From NCBI GenBank assembly GCA_951406725.2, contig OX597832.1, positions 27,652,001 through 27,716,000 of the forward strand: DNA of 64,000 bases, read 5' to 3'. The position numbers were made by a program, and so were the translations under genes. Below the pieces are notes generated by a model, which saw nothing but the letters and a program-made list of their open reading frames with translations, had not been told where the DNA came from and ran no database searches. Source of the stretch: Octopus vulgaris. Taxonomy: Eukaryota. Below are positions 27,083-38,612 of the stretch, piece by piece (the stretch's first letter is position 1; every line of letters begins with the position of its first letter).

Positions 27083-27388
27083 GTGGAGGCACATGGCCTA
27101 AGGGTTAGAGCAGCAGACTCATGGTCAAGGGATCGTGGATTCGAATCTCAGACCGGGCGATGTGTGTGTTTATGAGCGAAGCACCTAAGCTCCTCATGGA
27201 TCCGGTTGAAGGTAATGGCAAAACTTCTGTTGACTCCTTCGCCACAACATTCTCTCACTCTTTCCTCCTGCATCTTGCAGCTCACCTGCGACGGACCGGT
27301 GTCTCATCCAGGTGGGGAACCTATGTGCCAAGGGAACCGGGAAACCGACCCTTATGAGCCAGGGATGGCTCGAGAAGGAACAAACAAC
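27083..27388 (+). mobile_element. tRNA-derived SINE, same head as 24845 but different tail
   Basis: TSD-like ACATATTCAC on both sides. Confidence 0.75.
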
Positions 27389-27507
27389 AACATATTCACT
27401 ATTACACATTTTCGTTTGCTAACAACAATTACAAAATTGTACATGCAAGAGGTATCTACCATGTTTCTGCTACATGTTCAATTTTGTAATTCCTAATAGT
27501 AAATTAA

Positions 27508-27798
27508 CCCCTTACCCGGTAGAAACGAATATATGCGTTTTGACCGAAATCGTTTTTTACTATTCTGGCGAGTTAACTCGTCAAAAGATAGATTCGTCAA
27601 AATCGACAGCAAACGAGTTCCTTCGTCTAAAAACGGGTTAACTCGTTTCTGCCTAAAGCGGTAATTTAAAATCAATATTATTGAATTAAAATTCATAATA
27701 AATAAGGTTTGAAATATACCTCGAAATCACCATTCAAAACATAGTAAAATAAAACAATTAAAAAAATATGTCTGAAAAAATAATTGTTGGGTAAGGGG
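27508..27798. mobile_element. piggyBac-type MITE
   Basis: TTAA|CCCCTTACCC...GGGTAAGGGG|TTAA. Confidence 0.8.
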
Positions 27799-27854
27799 TT
27801 AAACATGTGTAATAGTAAATTAATAATACCAAAGCATTTTCCAACTTCCTGTTT

Positions 27855-27909
<55 letters not shown>

Positions 27910-27914
27910 TATAT

Positions 27915-28150
27915 GTCAGAGGCCATGATAGATCGTTAGCCACTACACACATTTTTTTTCTCTCCTTGTTTTTATCTGTGTCCCTTTCTGTAGAAGAGCA
28001 TAGGCTCGAAACGTAAAAGACCTTTTCTATTCCTGAGCGTTATACTAATACATCTGTTCGTTTTGTACACCAACTGTCTTCGTCTTTTGATTTTTTCGTA
28101 AACTCTCCCTATACATATATATATGTGTGTGTGTGTGTGTGGAGTTGAAA

Positions 28151-28183
<33 letters not shown>

Positions 28184-29060
28184 GAGTTGAAATTTACAGA
28201 AAGTCAAAAGACAAAGACAGGTGTATAAACAACAAACAGGTGTATTAGTTCAAAGCTCGGGAAGGTGAGAAAGATTTTTACATTTCAAGCCTATGCTCTT
28301 CATCAGAAAAGAACACAAGGAAATAAACAAAGAGAGAAATGAAAAAAAACTTTATGAGATGGCAGTCAATCTTGGTGGATGGCTGGACAAAGGTGTGTGT
28401 GTGTATATATATACACACACACACACATACAATTGTTGGAGCATTAGCAACAGCCAGATATAAAGGATTGATTGTTTGTCGTTAGCAACAGCGGACACAA
28501 GAGCTGGCTGTTGAGTCATGAGACACAATAGAGATAAGGAGTGTCCAAGAGTACAGAACAACTCTGCTAATGGCAACAAGTGTACTCCTTAAGTACTCTA
28601 TGTCAACTGATTTTATGGATAAAGCAACTAAAATAGCAACTTCAATATCAGAATTATCATGAATGCCAGTGAGAACCAATCCTGGTTCCTGATCATTCCT
28701 CCTGAAAAAAAAAGGAAGACGACACGCTGTTGACCATATCGAAGGGGAACTACAACAGGGTTGATGTTACTGACCTTTGGCTTTTTAATCTGGATACTCC
28801 AAGGAAGCACACACACACACACAAAATATAGGAATGACAGTCTGGCAGTGTAAGGCCATATAGCATTGGAAACGGTTACAAAGACAGGTGTATAAACAAC
28901 AAACAGGTGTATTAGTTTAAAGCTCGGGAAGGTGAGAAAGATTTTTACATTTCAAGCTGATGCTCTTCAGCAGAAAGGAACACAAGGAAATAAACAAAGA
29001 GAGAAATGAAAAAAAACTTTATGAGATGGCAGTCAATCTTGGTGTATGGCAGGACAAAGG
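27915..29060. mobile_element. Three Penelope-like pseudo-LTR fragments (27915-28109 +; 28182-28392 -; 28880-29060 -), each with a hammerhead motif
   Basis: Mutually homologous ~200-bp units, first two inverted; CTGNNGA-A-GAGC-N4-GCTY-GAAAYGTA in each. Confidence 0.6.
28275..28310 (-). ncRNA. Minimal type I hammerhead ribozyme motif (activity unproven)
   Basis: UUUU-CUGAUGA-A-GAGC-AUAG-GCUU-GAAA-UG-UA-AAAA. Confidence 0.55.
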
Positions 29061-29382
29061 TGTGTGTGTGTATATACACACACACACACACACACACACA
29101 TACAATTGTTGGAGCATTAGCAACAGCCAGATATAAAGGATTGATTGTTTGTCGTTAAAAATAGATAAAAATATACCCAATGAAGTTTGAATAATTTTTG
29201 AAATCTTTTGAGATGAATTTGAAGACAAAAACCAAATGTATTTCATTGAGGTGTATTATATATTCTTACTTTACATTCCAAACAGATTCTCTAAGAATTC
29301 TTCAAAGAAAAAAAAATTAGTGCAGTTCTAATATAAGAGCTGGTCTCTCTTTGAATCGCAGGAAGTAGCACCAAATGAAATA

Positions 29383-29947
29383 TTGGGTTGACGCATAATT
29401 ATTGCGGCTTTTTTTTTTCAATAAATTTTATTCAACAAAAACAATAACATTTAACAAAAACATCTTTAAATGATTATTCCGGAGCATATTCACCATCTAC
29501 TTCAATTTCTGCTTGGCGTTTTGTTTAAATTTTTTACTCTTTTACTTGTTTCAGTCATTTACTGTGACCGTGCTGGAGCACCGCCTTTAGTTGAGCAAAT
29601 CGACCCCAGGACTTATTCTTTGTAAGCCTAGTACTTATTCTATCGGTCTCTTTTGCCAAACCGCTAAGTTACAGAGACGTAAACGTACCAGCATCGGTTG
29701 TCAAGCGATGTTGGGGGATAAACACACACATATATAAATATATATATACGACGGGCTTCCTTCAGTTTCCGTCTACCAAATCCACTCACAAGGCTTTGGT
29801 CGGCCCATGGCTATAGTAGAAAACACTTACCCAAAGTGCCACGCAGTTGGACTGAACCCGGAACTATGTGGTTCGTAAGCAAGCTACTTACCACACAGCC
29901 ACTCCTGCGCCTTTTTGTCGAATAAAATTTATTACGCATCAACCTAA
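29383..29947 (-). mobile_element. Internally deleted mariner with nested SINE
   Basis: TA|TTGGGTTGACGC...GCATCAACCTAA|TA; residual C-terminus IEVDGEYAPE*. Confidence 0.7.
29531..29911 (-). mobile_element. tRNA/CORE-like SINE nested in mariner
   Basis: Full-length copy. Confidence 0.85.
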
Positions 29948-30898
29948 TACAATGGTGGAGAGTCCATGAATGACATCTAGGAATACTCGGCCGGTAGTAC
30001 TCACCGTGCGGTGCCTTGGGTAAGTCTCTGTAGGTGTGCAAGATTGACACTTAGTGTTCTCAGAGAATTAGCAACACTGGCAAGATCTGAAGATCGGGTT
30101 GTGTGAATGCTTGGATTTCTCATGAGAACGTTTTAATTTTGTTAGCAACATTTGAGACATATTGATTGTTGGATCATTAGCAACAGGCAGATATAAAGGA
30201 CTGATTGTTTGTCGTTAGCAACAGCGGACACAAGAGCTGGCTGTTGAGTCATGAGAAACAATAGAGATAAGGAGTGTCCAAGAGTACAGAACAACTCTGC
30301 TAACGGCAACAAGTGTACTCCTCATGTACTCTATGTCAACTGATTTTATGGATAAAGCAACTAAGATGGGCTCTATGTGGTCAGTGCCTGCATGAAATAG
30401 CAGCAAATTTCCCCACCATCATAAAAGAAGGGCACATTAAATTATAGAGTCCGAGATAAACTGTGGCTGAATAACAAGAAATGGAAAGGCTTTGAGCATT
30501 TGTCGGCAAAATCAGAATAGGCATGTCTAAACAGAAATACTGTATGGAAAATTAGATAGATAGATAGATAGATACATACATACATATATACTGACATACA
30601 TACACACATAAAAAGATAGACAGATAGAGAGACAAAGAGAAGACAGAAGGATAGATAGATAGATGCATACATACATATATACATACATAAAAAGATATAG
30701 ACAGACAGATACATATATATAGACACACATCTACATACATACATAGACATAAAAAGACAGACAGACAGACAGACAGACAGATAGATAGATAGATAGATGG
30801 GTAGATTGATTGCCCCAAACACGTTCACACCCAAATATCAAGCCATGAGAAGGCCAGATCAAACCGACAAGAATATGAATAACAAGAATATTACTTAC

Positions 30899-31279
30899 CC
30901 TAGCAATGAGGGTACCATTGACGATAAGTCCCTGACCAGGAGCGAACTCTAAACGACAGCCTGGTTCGATGTACAAGCAACCGCTGGGGGCAATTTGTAT
31001 GGATCCTTTAATTTTGTGGGGGTTGTCCTTTTTCATCAAAGCTCGGGGTTGGTCTACGCGTCCTCCGTACGGGTATTTCGTTATAATCGGGGTCCAACAT
31101 CGCCTGGGTATATAGTCGAGATAATATACCCTTCCGTTGGCTACAATTGGTTTGTTATCGCCTGTTCTCGGCGGTGGTGTTATTCCTTCTCGGGCTCGAA
31201 CCCGTAACAACGGGGAAATGGAAATACAGAAGAGAAAGCCGAAGCAGACATTACAGAGTAACACCAGGTATTTCGCCAT
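30899..31279 (-). CDS. bark: Bark beetle/Anakonda-like protein, coding exon 1 (signal peptide, start of beta-helix module 1)
   Basis: ATG at 31279; hydrophobic MAKYLVLLCNVCFGFLFCISIS; YGGRV..LYIEPGCRLEFAPGQGLIVNGTLIAR; donor AGG|GTAAGT; 381 nt, phase 0. Confidence 0.88.
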
Positions 31280-32330
31280 GCTTCCTGTCTACAGGTGGAT
31301 CTTCTTTCCCCGAGTATACATATATATATATATATTAGTACAGTAACTGAAATATAAATATAAATATAAATATAAATATATATATATATTAGTCACTATA
31401 CTGGAAGCGATTGCTTTTCAAGGATAATAATAGAAAAAAATATAACTGAAAAGAAACGATAGGTTTTTAATCCGGGTCACTCGTCAAGGAGACACTTCGT
31501 CGAAAACAATTGTTTTTAAGTTCTCAACTTCCACCGTGACAACGATTATAAAAATGTGAGTTGTGGAAGTAGTAGTTAATAATAATAATAATTAATTCTT
31601 TTTATTGGCCATAAGGGCTGACACACATGATTAGTAAACATAAAGGAACAAAACAGGACGAAAGGTTACCAAGGGTTTTGTCCTTTTTTGAAAAAAAATC
31701 GAGTTTAACGACGAAAGATTGTAACAATAAAAACTCCCAATAATAATAATAATAAATACTAGTTGGTAATAAGTAATGTGGGTCGTTGTGATGTTGTTTC
31801 GAGGGTCATTCAGTTGAGATGGCCCAGTTAGTGAATACCGCCCTGTCGACCTAATGAGTAACAATCATGGTTAATATACAAACAGTAACAGAAAATCTGC
31901 CTACCTGGATGTGAAAACATCTACATGTTTTTCATTTAAAACTGAACAGTCCGTTAACGCGCACCTGTTCGAATCCCCTGCGGATATATATATATAGATA
32001 TAAGTTTTTACATGAACTGTCCGAATAGGGGTATTTGTAAAAGTGGTCCCTGTAAGAGATAAGAAGTCTGTTTCCTCTGTTGTGGTTATTTTTCTTTAAA
32101 TCCGGTTGAATCGATGTGAGAAAACTTACCTGACCTAATTAGCTTTTTTTTTTTTCTTTTACCTGTGGACTTAACACAGGTATCATAGGCAAGCATTGGT
32201 CATGTGACACGATCAGCCTGACATCTACCTGTGGGATTGTGAAGCGCTGAACAATAACAAGACAGAGAAAAAAGGAAAACTCACTCACTCTTACCGACTC
32301 GACCACGACCACCACCACTGATTCAAACAA
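31280..32330 (-). promoter_or_regulatory. Candidate promoter and spliced 5'UTR of the bark-like gene
   Basis: Inr-like ATCAGT near 32317-32322; donors TCG|GTAAGA (32294) and CAG|GTAAGT (32129); acceptor gtttcttttcag at 31446; largely unique sequence. Confidence 0.35.
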
Positions 32331-32454
32331 TAATTTCAGCAAAATATCGAGGAAGGAATTTTTAAGCAGTCACTAGATCTGTTAGAAATAACAGTTAAAT
32401 TCTCTCAATCACAGGCTGCCGTCATAAAAAATAATGGCTGAATACATCCAAATG

Positions 32455-32498
<44 letters not shown>

Positions 32499-32517
32499 TA
32501 TATATATATAGTCTTTC

Positions 32518-32903
32518 TCTATATAAAGCTGAAGTTGTCTGTGTATGGCAGGTTTGGTAGCCTTCAACTAACACTATCTCCTCCGAGACCCTGCGGCGCA
32601 AGTTGACCAAAATTGAGAGTATGATAGAAGAAGGCTTGCTCTTCCTTCCGTAGAAGAAAAAATTCAAATCGGACTATGTTAACACCAAAAATTATTTACA
32701 TCAAAAAGGTGCTTTTTTACTATGAAAATCCCTATTTTTTACGATTTTTTTACTGCTGTGTCGCCATTTTTCGGTGTATTTCAACCAGAAAAATGTTCAC
32801 TTAAAGAGAATAACAAGCTACATTATGCAAAATTTTTACTTTTCAAACATTCCAATTCTAAAGGGTTGAAACAAACCCGAGCAATGCTGGGCGATTCTGG
32901 TAG
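32518..32903 (+). mobile_element. Non-autonomous Helitron, family B
   Basis: Near-identical to 51536-51931; shares family A 3' hairpin end. Confidence 0.75.
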
Positions 32904-32942
32904 TAATCGATAAAATTGAACCAGTCTACAACTTGGAAAGAG

Positions 32943-33154
32943 TTACTCTTTTACTCTTTTACTTGTTTCAGTCATTTGACTGCGGCCATGCGGGAGCACA
33001 GCCTTTAGTCGAGCAACTCGACCCCGGGACTTATTCTTTGTAAGCCCAGTACTTATTCTATCAGTGTCTTTTGCCGAACCGCTAAGTGACGGGGACGTAA
33101 ACACACCAGCATTGGTTGTCGAGCAATGCTAGTGGGACAAACACAGACACACAA

Positions 33155-33209
<55 letters not shown>

Positions 33210-33371
33210 TACGACAGGCTTCTTTCAGTTTCCGTCTACCAAATCCACTCACAGGGCATTGGTCGGCCCGGGGCTATAGCAGAAGACACTTGCCCAAAGT
33301 GCCACGCAGTGGGACTGAACCCGGAACCATGTGGTTGGTAAGCAAGCTACTTACCACGCAGCCACTCCTGC
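32943..33371 (-). mobile_element. tRNA/CORE-like SINE
   Basis: Full-length copy. Confidence 0.88.
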
Positions 33372-33599
33372 AGTTAGACCATAAATTAAGTTTAAGTATT
33401 TTCGTTAATGAAGGAATATACCTATCCAGAATATTTTTGCTCAGTATACCGATATCCGATCCATAAAGACAGATAAGACGGTGAGTAGGGTTATTGAAGA
33501 AGTTGGGTTTGTGATCCTTTAAGACAAAACGTGGTTGCTTTGGAGATAAAGGCTCAGTTTTCATTTGTAAATTATATTTTCCCATTATTTCCTTAACCT

Positions 33600-34750
33600 C
33601 TAGATTGGCCTCTCAGATAGTGTTTTTACTCGTAGTCTTGTATTTCTCTCAGTACAGTGTCCGGTAACACCACACAACTGCCGTGATGACTCTGATAGGT
33701 TTCGATGCTGCAACATTTCGGGTCTCACAAAAGCCTGCCCCGAGGTCAAATCAATCACAAGGCGACACTTCTGGCCGGCAATTCTAACCATTCCCTTGTA
33801 TGCTGTCAATTACAATCCTTTTATATCTCAGGATTGGGATTTCTTTGGAATATTCGGCTGGCAGTTGCCCCTTAACACCAGCCCCTTCTAGTTTTCCGAC
33901 TCTCTTTTGTCATTCGTTACCTTCTTATTATCCTTCTTGCGTGTAGGGCAGTTAAAACATGTCCCACACTCTCTCCTATGAGTGACCTTTCTACTACCAT
34001 CCTGCTTTTGCTCTCTCTTCAGGCAGTAACGATCTGGCATCTTGTGTCCTGGCTTCACACACTGCCAAAATTCATTCCAACCATCTCTTGGTCATTCTTC
34101 TTCAAGCAGGTTTCTCTTTTATGTCCGACCTAATCGCAGCACCAACAACTTTCATTAAATTTTCCTGCTTTACGTACTTGCCGCATCCTTGCTTTGAATC
34201 CGGAACTCTAGTCCACCTGAAATTTTCTTGTGCTACAACTTTTACACAACTCAAATTCCAGAGTTTTAGCCAATGCCTCTTGCATAGTATGCGGCTGTGC
34301 TTGTTTCACTTGAACTTTGAACTCTGCACTGCCCTGTCCAAAACTTTGATAAACTGCTCTTTCTGAAGGAGAGCAAAAAGTTCCTGAGTAAGCGGGTGTA
34401 GTGATTTTCCTCTAGCCCTTAAGCGGGTCCGAAATCGTACCCTGTACACATCACTCAGACACATAGTGCCATATCTTCTCTCTAACACTTAAACTAGGGA
34501 AGAATAACAGCTTCCGTCCTCCACCGACAACTGGTCCAGGACCTCAAGAGCAGAGCCCTTTAGACTAATAAGCAAACTGAACTGCTCTTTGACTATCGTC
34601 CCATCCATTCTGATCAGCCAAAAGCTCAAACTAGATACGGTAGGCCTCCCATGACACCCTGTCGTCAAATTCTTTTAGCTACTTTTTAATGGGGATTCTA
34701 CTGCGGCCTTACACTTTTCGCACCAAATTTTTGACTTCTTAAAGTTGCAC
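33600..34750 (-). mobile_element. Decayed Gypsy-type gag/protease remnant
   Basis: LERRYG..YRVRFRTR..EQFI; zinc-knuckle-like WQCVKPGH; protease-like LVID; disrupted frames. Confidence 0.55.
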
Positions 34751-34859
34751 AACTTTTTTCCTATCTTTTAACGAGATCTTCACCAAAAGATTCTACTCAT
34801 CGAGTTCTTTTCAATAGTCATAATTGAAATAAAGTTTTTTCTGTTAAATAACTAAAAAA

Positions 34860-35112
34860 TTACACCGCCGGAAGTTGTTGTTGATAAACAACGGCAGTAA
34901 TTTTATTCAACTGAATACACGTCATTGATTGGTTGAAATTACCGAAACACTACAACTTTAACGTGAAATAACTTCCTAAATATAAGCTTTTCTCAAAAAC
35001 GCTAAGAGTAAAAGATGTTTTATATGACACATTCTACCAGTGTCCGAAGTTTTAAAGTGTTTAGCTACAAAGAATTGTTTTTTAAAATCTGTCGGTCAAA
35101 AGGTCAAGATCC
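34860..35112 (-). mobile_element. Half-MITE, GGATCTT-TIR family
   Basis: Ends ...GGTCAAGATCC; a further related arm at 37015-37160. Confidence 0.7.
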
Positions 35113-35505
35113 AAAAACACTTTATGGAAATTGCGAACAAATTGGTTTCAGTGTGGCAATACCATCTCCGAAGGATAGGCCATACTTTTACTTTTGACAC
35201 CAAATGGAATCAACTGAAACCAGAATCGAAAGAATTGAAGCTTTGGTAACATATCAAAGCTGACAGGCTGAAGAACTGTTTGGAATGGCAGATATTTACG
35301 GAGCAACATCGAAAAGGCAAAAAACGATGAATCCTCGTAGAATATCCTGGAAGAAAGCATTGATGGAATCTCAAAGAGGCAACTGACGACAATGATTCCA
35401 TGTTTGGTAGATTAAGAAAAAATCCATTTGAAAGTTAATAATGGAAGAGCAAATATACAAATACATATTTATTAAAGATGGCAGCACTGAAATAACGGCT
35501 GCAAA

Positions 35506-35710
35506 CAAGAAGAAGAAGAAGAAGAAGAATTGGAAGAAGAAGAAGAAGAAGAAGAAGAAGAAGAAGAAGAAGAAGAAGAAGAAGAAGAAGGAGGAGGAGG
35601 AGGAGGAGGAAGAGAAGGAGGAAAAGAAGAAGAAGAAAAAGGAGAAGAAGAAGAAGAAGAAGAAAAAGGAGAAGAAGAAGAAGAAGAAGAAGAAGAAGAA
35701 GAAGAAGAAG

Positions 35711-35762
<52 letters not shown>

Positions 35763-35815
35763 CAGACAGACTGAGGTGCAGGCAGGCAGACAGATAGACA
35801 GTCAAACAGACAGAC
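35506..35815. repeat. (GAA/GGA)n polypurine tract, then (GATA)n(GACA)n
   Basis: Direct inspection. Confidence 0.95.
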
Positions 35816-36311
35816 TAGTTCAGTGACGTAATGTGTCCGACAAAACGGTAGAATCTGTCTTTTCTGCAAATGAGAGATGATTTTGAGAATTGTTGGTGAG
35901 AATATAAAAAAAAAAGAATTCTACGCTTCGTTTGTGAAATCATTGAAGCGAACAACATTGAAGAATGAGTAAATAATTCGGTAAGAGTCACAGAGTGAAG
36001 AATGGCAGAATGAAAATCGAAGAATTCGGTTTTGAGTAAAAACGGACACTGACGAATCATTTGGATGAATTCGTCACACGGAGTTCGTTAGACTGCTTTT
36101 GTTTTGGAATTACATGGAAGGTCGGACATTAAGCAACGTCACGTGGAAGGAAGGGAAAAAAATACGACGTGAGAAAGGTTGCTAAAGATATGTTTAGATT
36201 TGGACGGAACCGTTTGTAATTCTTAAATTTAGCCATTATTTACTGTTGTTGTTGTTGTTGCTGGTGTTCTTGTTAATGAAGGTTCTTCAGCCACAAGACA
36301 GACACGATCCC

Positions 36312-36909
36312 ATTTCTTTACTGCTCACAAGGAGCTAAACATAGAAGAGACAAACAAGGACAGACATAGGTATTAAGTCGATTACATCGACCCCAGTGCG
36401 TAACTGGTACTTAATTTATCGACCCCGAAAGGATGAAAGGCAAAGTCGACCTCGACGGAATTTGAACTCACAACGTAACGGCAGACGAAATACCTATTTC
36501 TTTACTACCCACAAGGGGCTAAACACAGAGGGGACAAACAAGCACAGACATAGGTATTAAGTCGATTACATCGACCCCAGTGCGTAACTGGTACTTAATT
36601 TATCGACCCCGAAAGGATGAAAGGCAAAATCGACCTCGGCGGAATTTGAACTCACAACGTAACGGCAGACGAAATACCTATTTCTTTATTACCCACAAGG
36701 GGCTAAACACAGAGGGGACAAACAAGCACAGACATAGGTATTAAGTCGATTACATCGACCCCAATGCATAACTGGTACTTAATTTATCGACCCCGAAAGG
36801 ATGAAAGGTAAAGTCGACCTCGGCGGAATTTGAACTCACAACGTAACGGCAGACGAAATACCGCTAAGCATTTCGCCCGACGTGCTAACGTTTCTGCCAG
36901 TTCGCCGCC
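36312..36909 (-). mobile_element. Meta-like SINE, trimer
   Basis: Junctions at 36494 and 36678 (184-bp period). Confidence 0.85.
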
Positions 36910-37366
36910 AAGACAGACACGATCCACTTGACCTCTGACCAAACAGTTTTTCCTGCAGTGGTAGTATCGTTAAAACGTCGGACAAAAAATATAGCTTTGG
37001 TTAAATTCGGTGTTGGATATTTTCGCTTTGACCGGCAGATTTAAAAAATAATTTCTTTGTAACTAATCACTTTTAAACTTCGTATACTGGGAGAATGTGT
37101 TACATAAAACATCTTTTTCTCTTGGCTTTCCTGAGAAAATTCTGTAAAATTTGTAAACTCTGACAAACCCGTCTGACAACACATGCGTGCCTGTAGAGTT
37201 TATCTCGAACCGGTGGCACCCCGCGGTAGCACTACTAGACCAAGGACATCTGGAAATTATCAACGATAGTTCCCGATCGGAAAGTGATCCGGAACAGAGT
37301 AGCCAGTTCGTTCTCGTCGGCGCCTAGGGTCTCCCCGAGAACGTCATCGCACTTCCCCGCCACTAA

Positions 37367-37766
37367 TCTATATATATAAAACTGTAGTTGTGTGAGTGTC
37401 TGTCCTCTTCGATTTAGATTCCCAACTTCTCCCACATTTTGCGGTGCAGTTTAACCAAAACCGGGTATCTTATAGTCGTGATTCATATCGAGCCCTTCTG
37501 GGTATTAGCGCGCGTCTACGATGAGTCTACGATTTAAAAAAAAATTTACCATAATTTTTTTCCATTTTAATGCATTTTTCGCTATTATATAAGGGAAGTA
37601 ACTCTCTAAAAATGTCTAGGATGAGTCAACGATTTAAAAAAAATTTACCATAATTTTTTTTTCCATTTTTAATGCATTCTTTTGCTATTTTTTTGCTATA
37701 ACTCTCTAAAAATGCTTATATAGTTATTTCCCTACAAACCCGAGCAACGCCGGGCGATACTGATAG
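37367..37766 (+). mobile_element. Non-autonomous Helitron, family A, nested in a Tx1-like LINE
   Basis: A|TC start, same 5' 200 bp as other copies, hairpin, terminal CTAG mutated to ATAG. Confidence 0.8.
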
Positions 37767-38178
37767 TTCTCTATAAATGTCTACAGCAGAAGAACCACCG
37801 ATCCTATTGACCGACTGGTAGAGGGTTGTGAGCGCCTGACGACATCCTAGGTGCCAGGCGCCCAGTCTCGGTCTTTTCTTCACCCAGGACTGCAGCTCCG
37901 TCAAGGAGACGAACTACGGAAAGACAAGCCTCACAAACGGAGCCCACACACGCTCACCGTCCAGAAATCGTTGCCGGTGGCGTAACCTAAGCGCGCGTCT
38001 GCGCATTAGGGGTCACGGCATACCTAATCCACCACTCTGGGGATGCTGGCAACAGACTGACCGCCTGACCGTTGGAGCGCGTCCCTTTCACATGAATTTG
38101 AATAGGAGACGCTTCAGCCTGGTCAAGCAGTAACCGGGACAAGGCACGACGGTCAGGCGATAAATGATAACAGAGGCG

Positions 38179-38612
38179 GGATCTTTTCAGTTTGAAGGCC
38201 AGATTTTCCTAGTTAACTAAACAATTTGAAACTTCGTATACTGGTAGAATGTGTCAAAAGAAAACATAATTGTAAACCAAAATGAAAACGGAATTGTAAT
38301 TTCTAAGTTTAACGTTGTTTAATAATTCGAATTTTAACCAATGATATTCTTTCTTTCGACTTCATATCATTTACTGCTCACAAAATAGCTGTCTACGTCA
38401 CAGTAACACTATGCAGCTAATAATTTCAAATGAAAACAGACAATACGATTGGTTAAAATTCGCAGATTTAAACTACGTTTAAACTTATAAAATACATTTT
38501 TGTCAAAAAAACTAGTTGAAATTAATGTTTTCTTTTGACACATTCTACCAGTATACGAAGTTTCAAATTATTTAGTTAACTAGAAAATCTGGCCTTCAAA
38601 CTGAAAAGATCC
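38179..38612. mobile_element. MITE with long TIRs and 8-bp TSD (MULE- or Merlin-like)
   Basis: TIR GGATCTTTTCAGTTTGAAGGCCAGATTTT (~85 bp); TSD CAGAGGCG at 38171 and 38613. Confidence 0.9.

Noticed and set aside
25725-35112. Composite transposon carrying the bark promoter and exons 1-2 between inward-facing TIR arms
   Set aside because: Flanks GACTCTGC and AAAAACAC are not a TSD, and the gene reads through the left arm; two independent half-MITEs are simpler.
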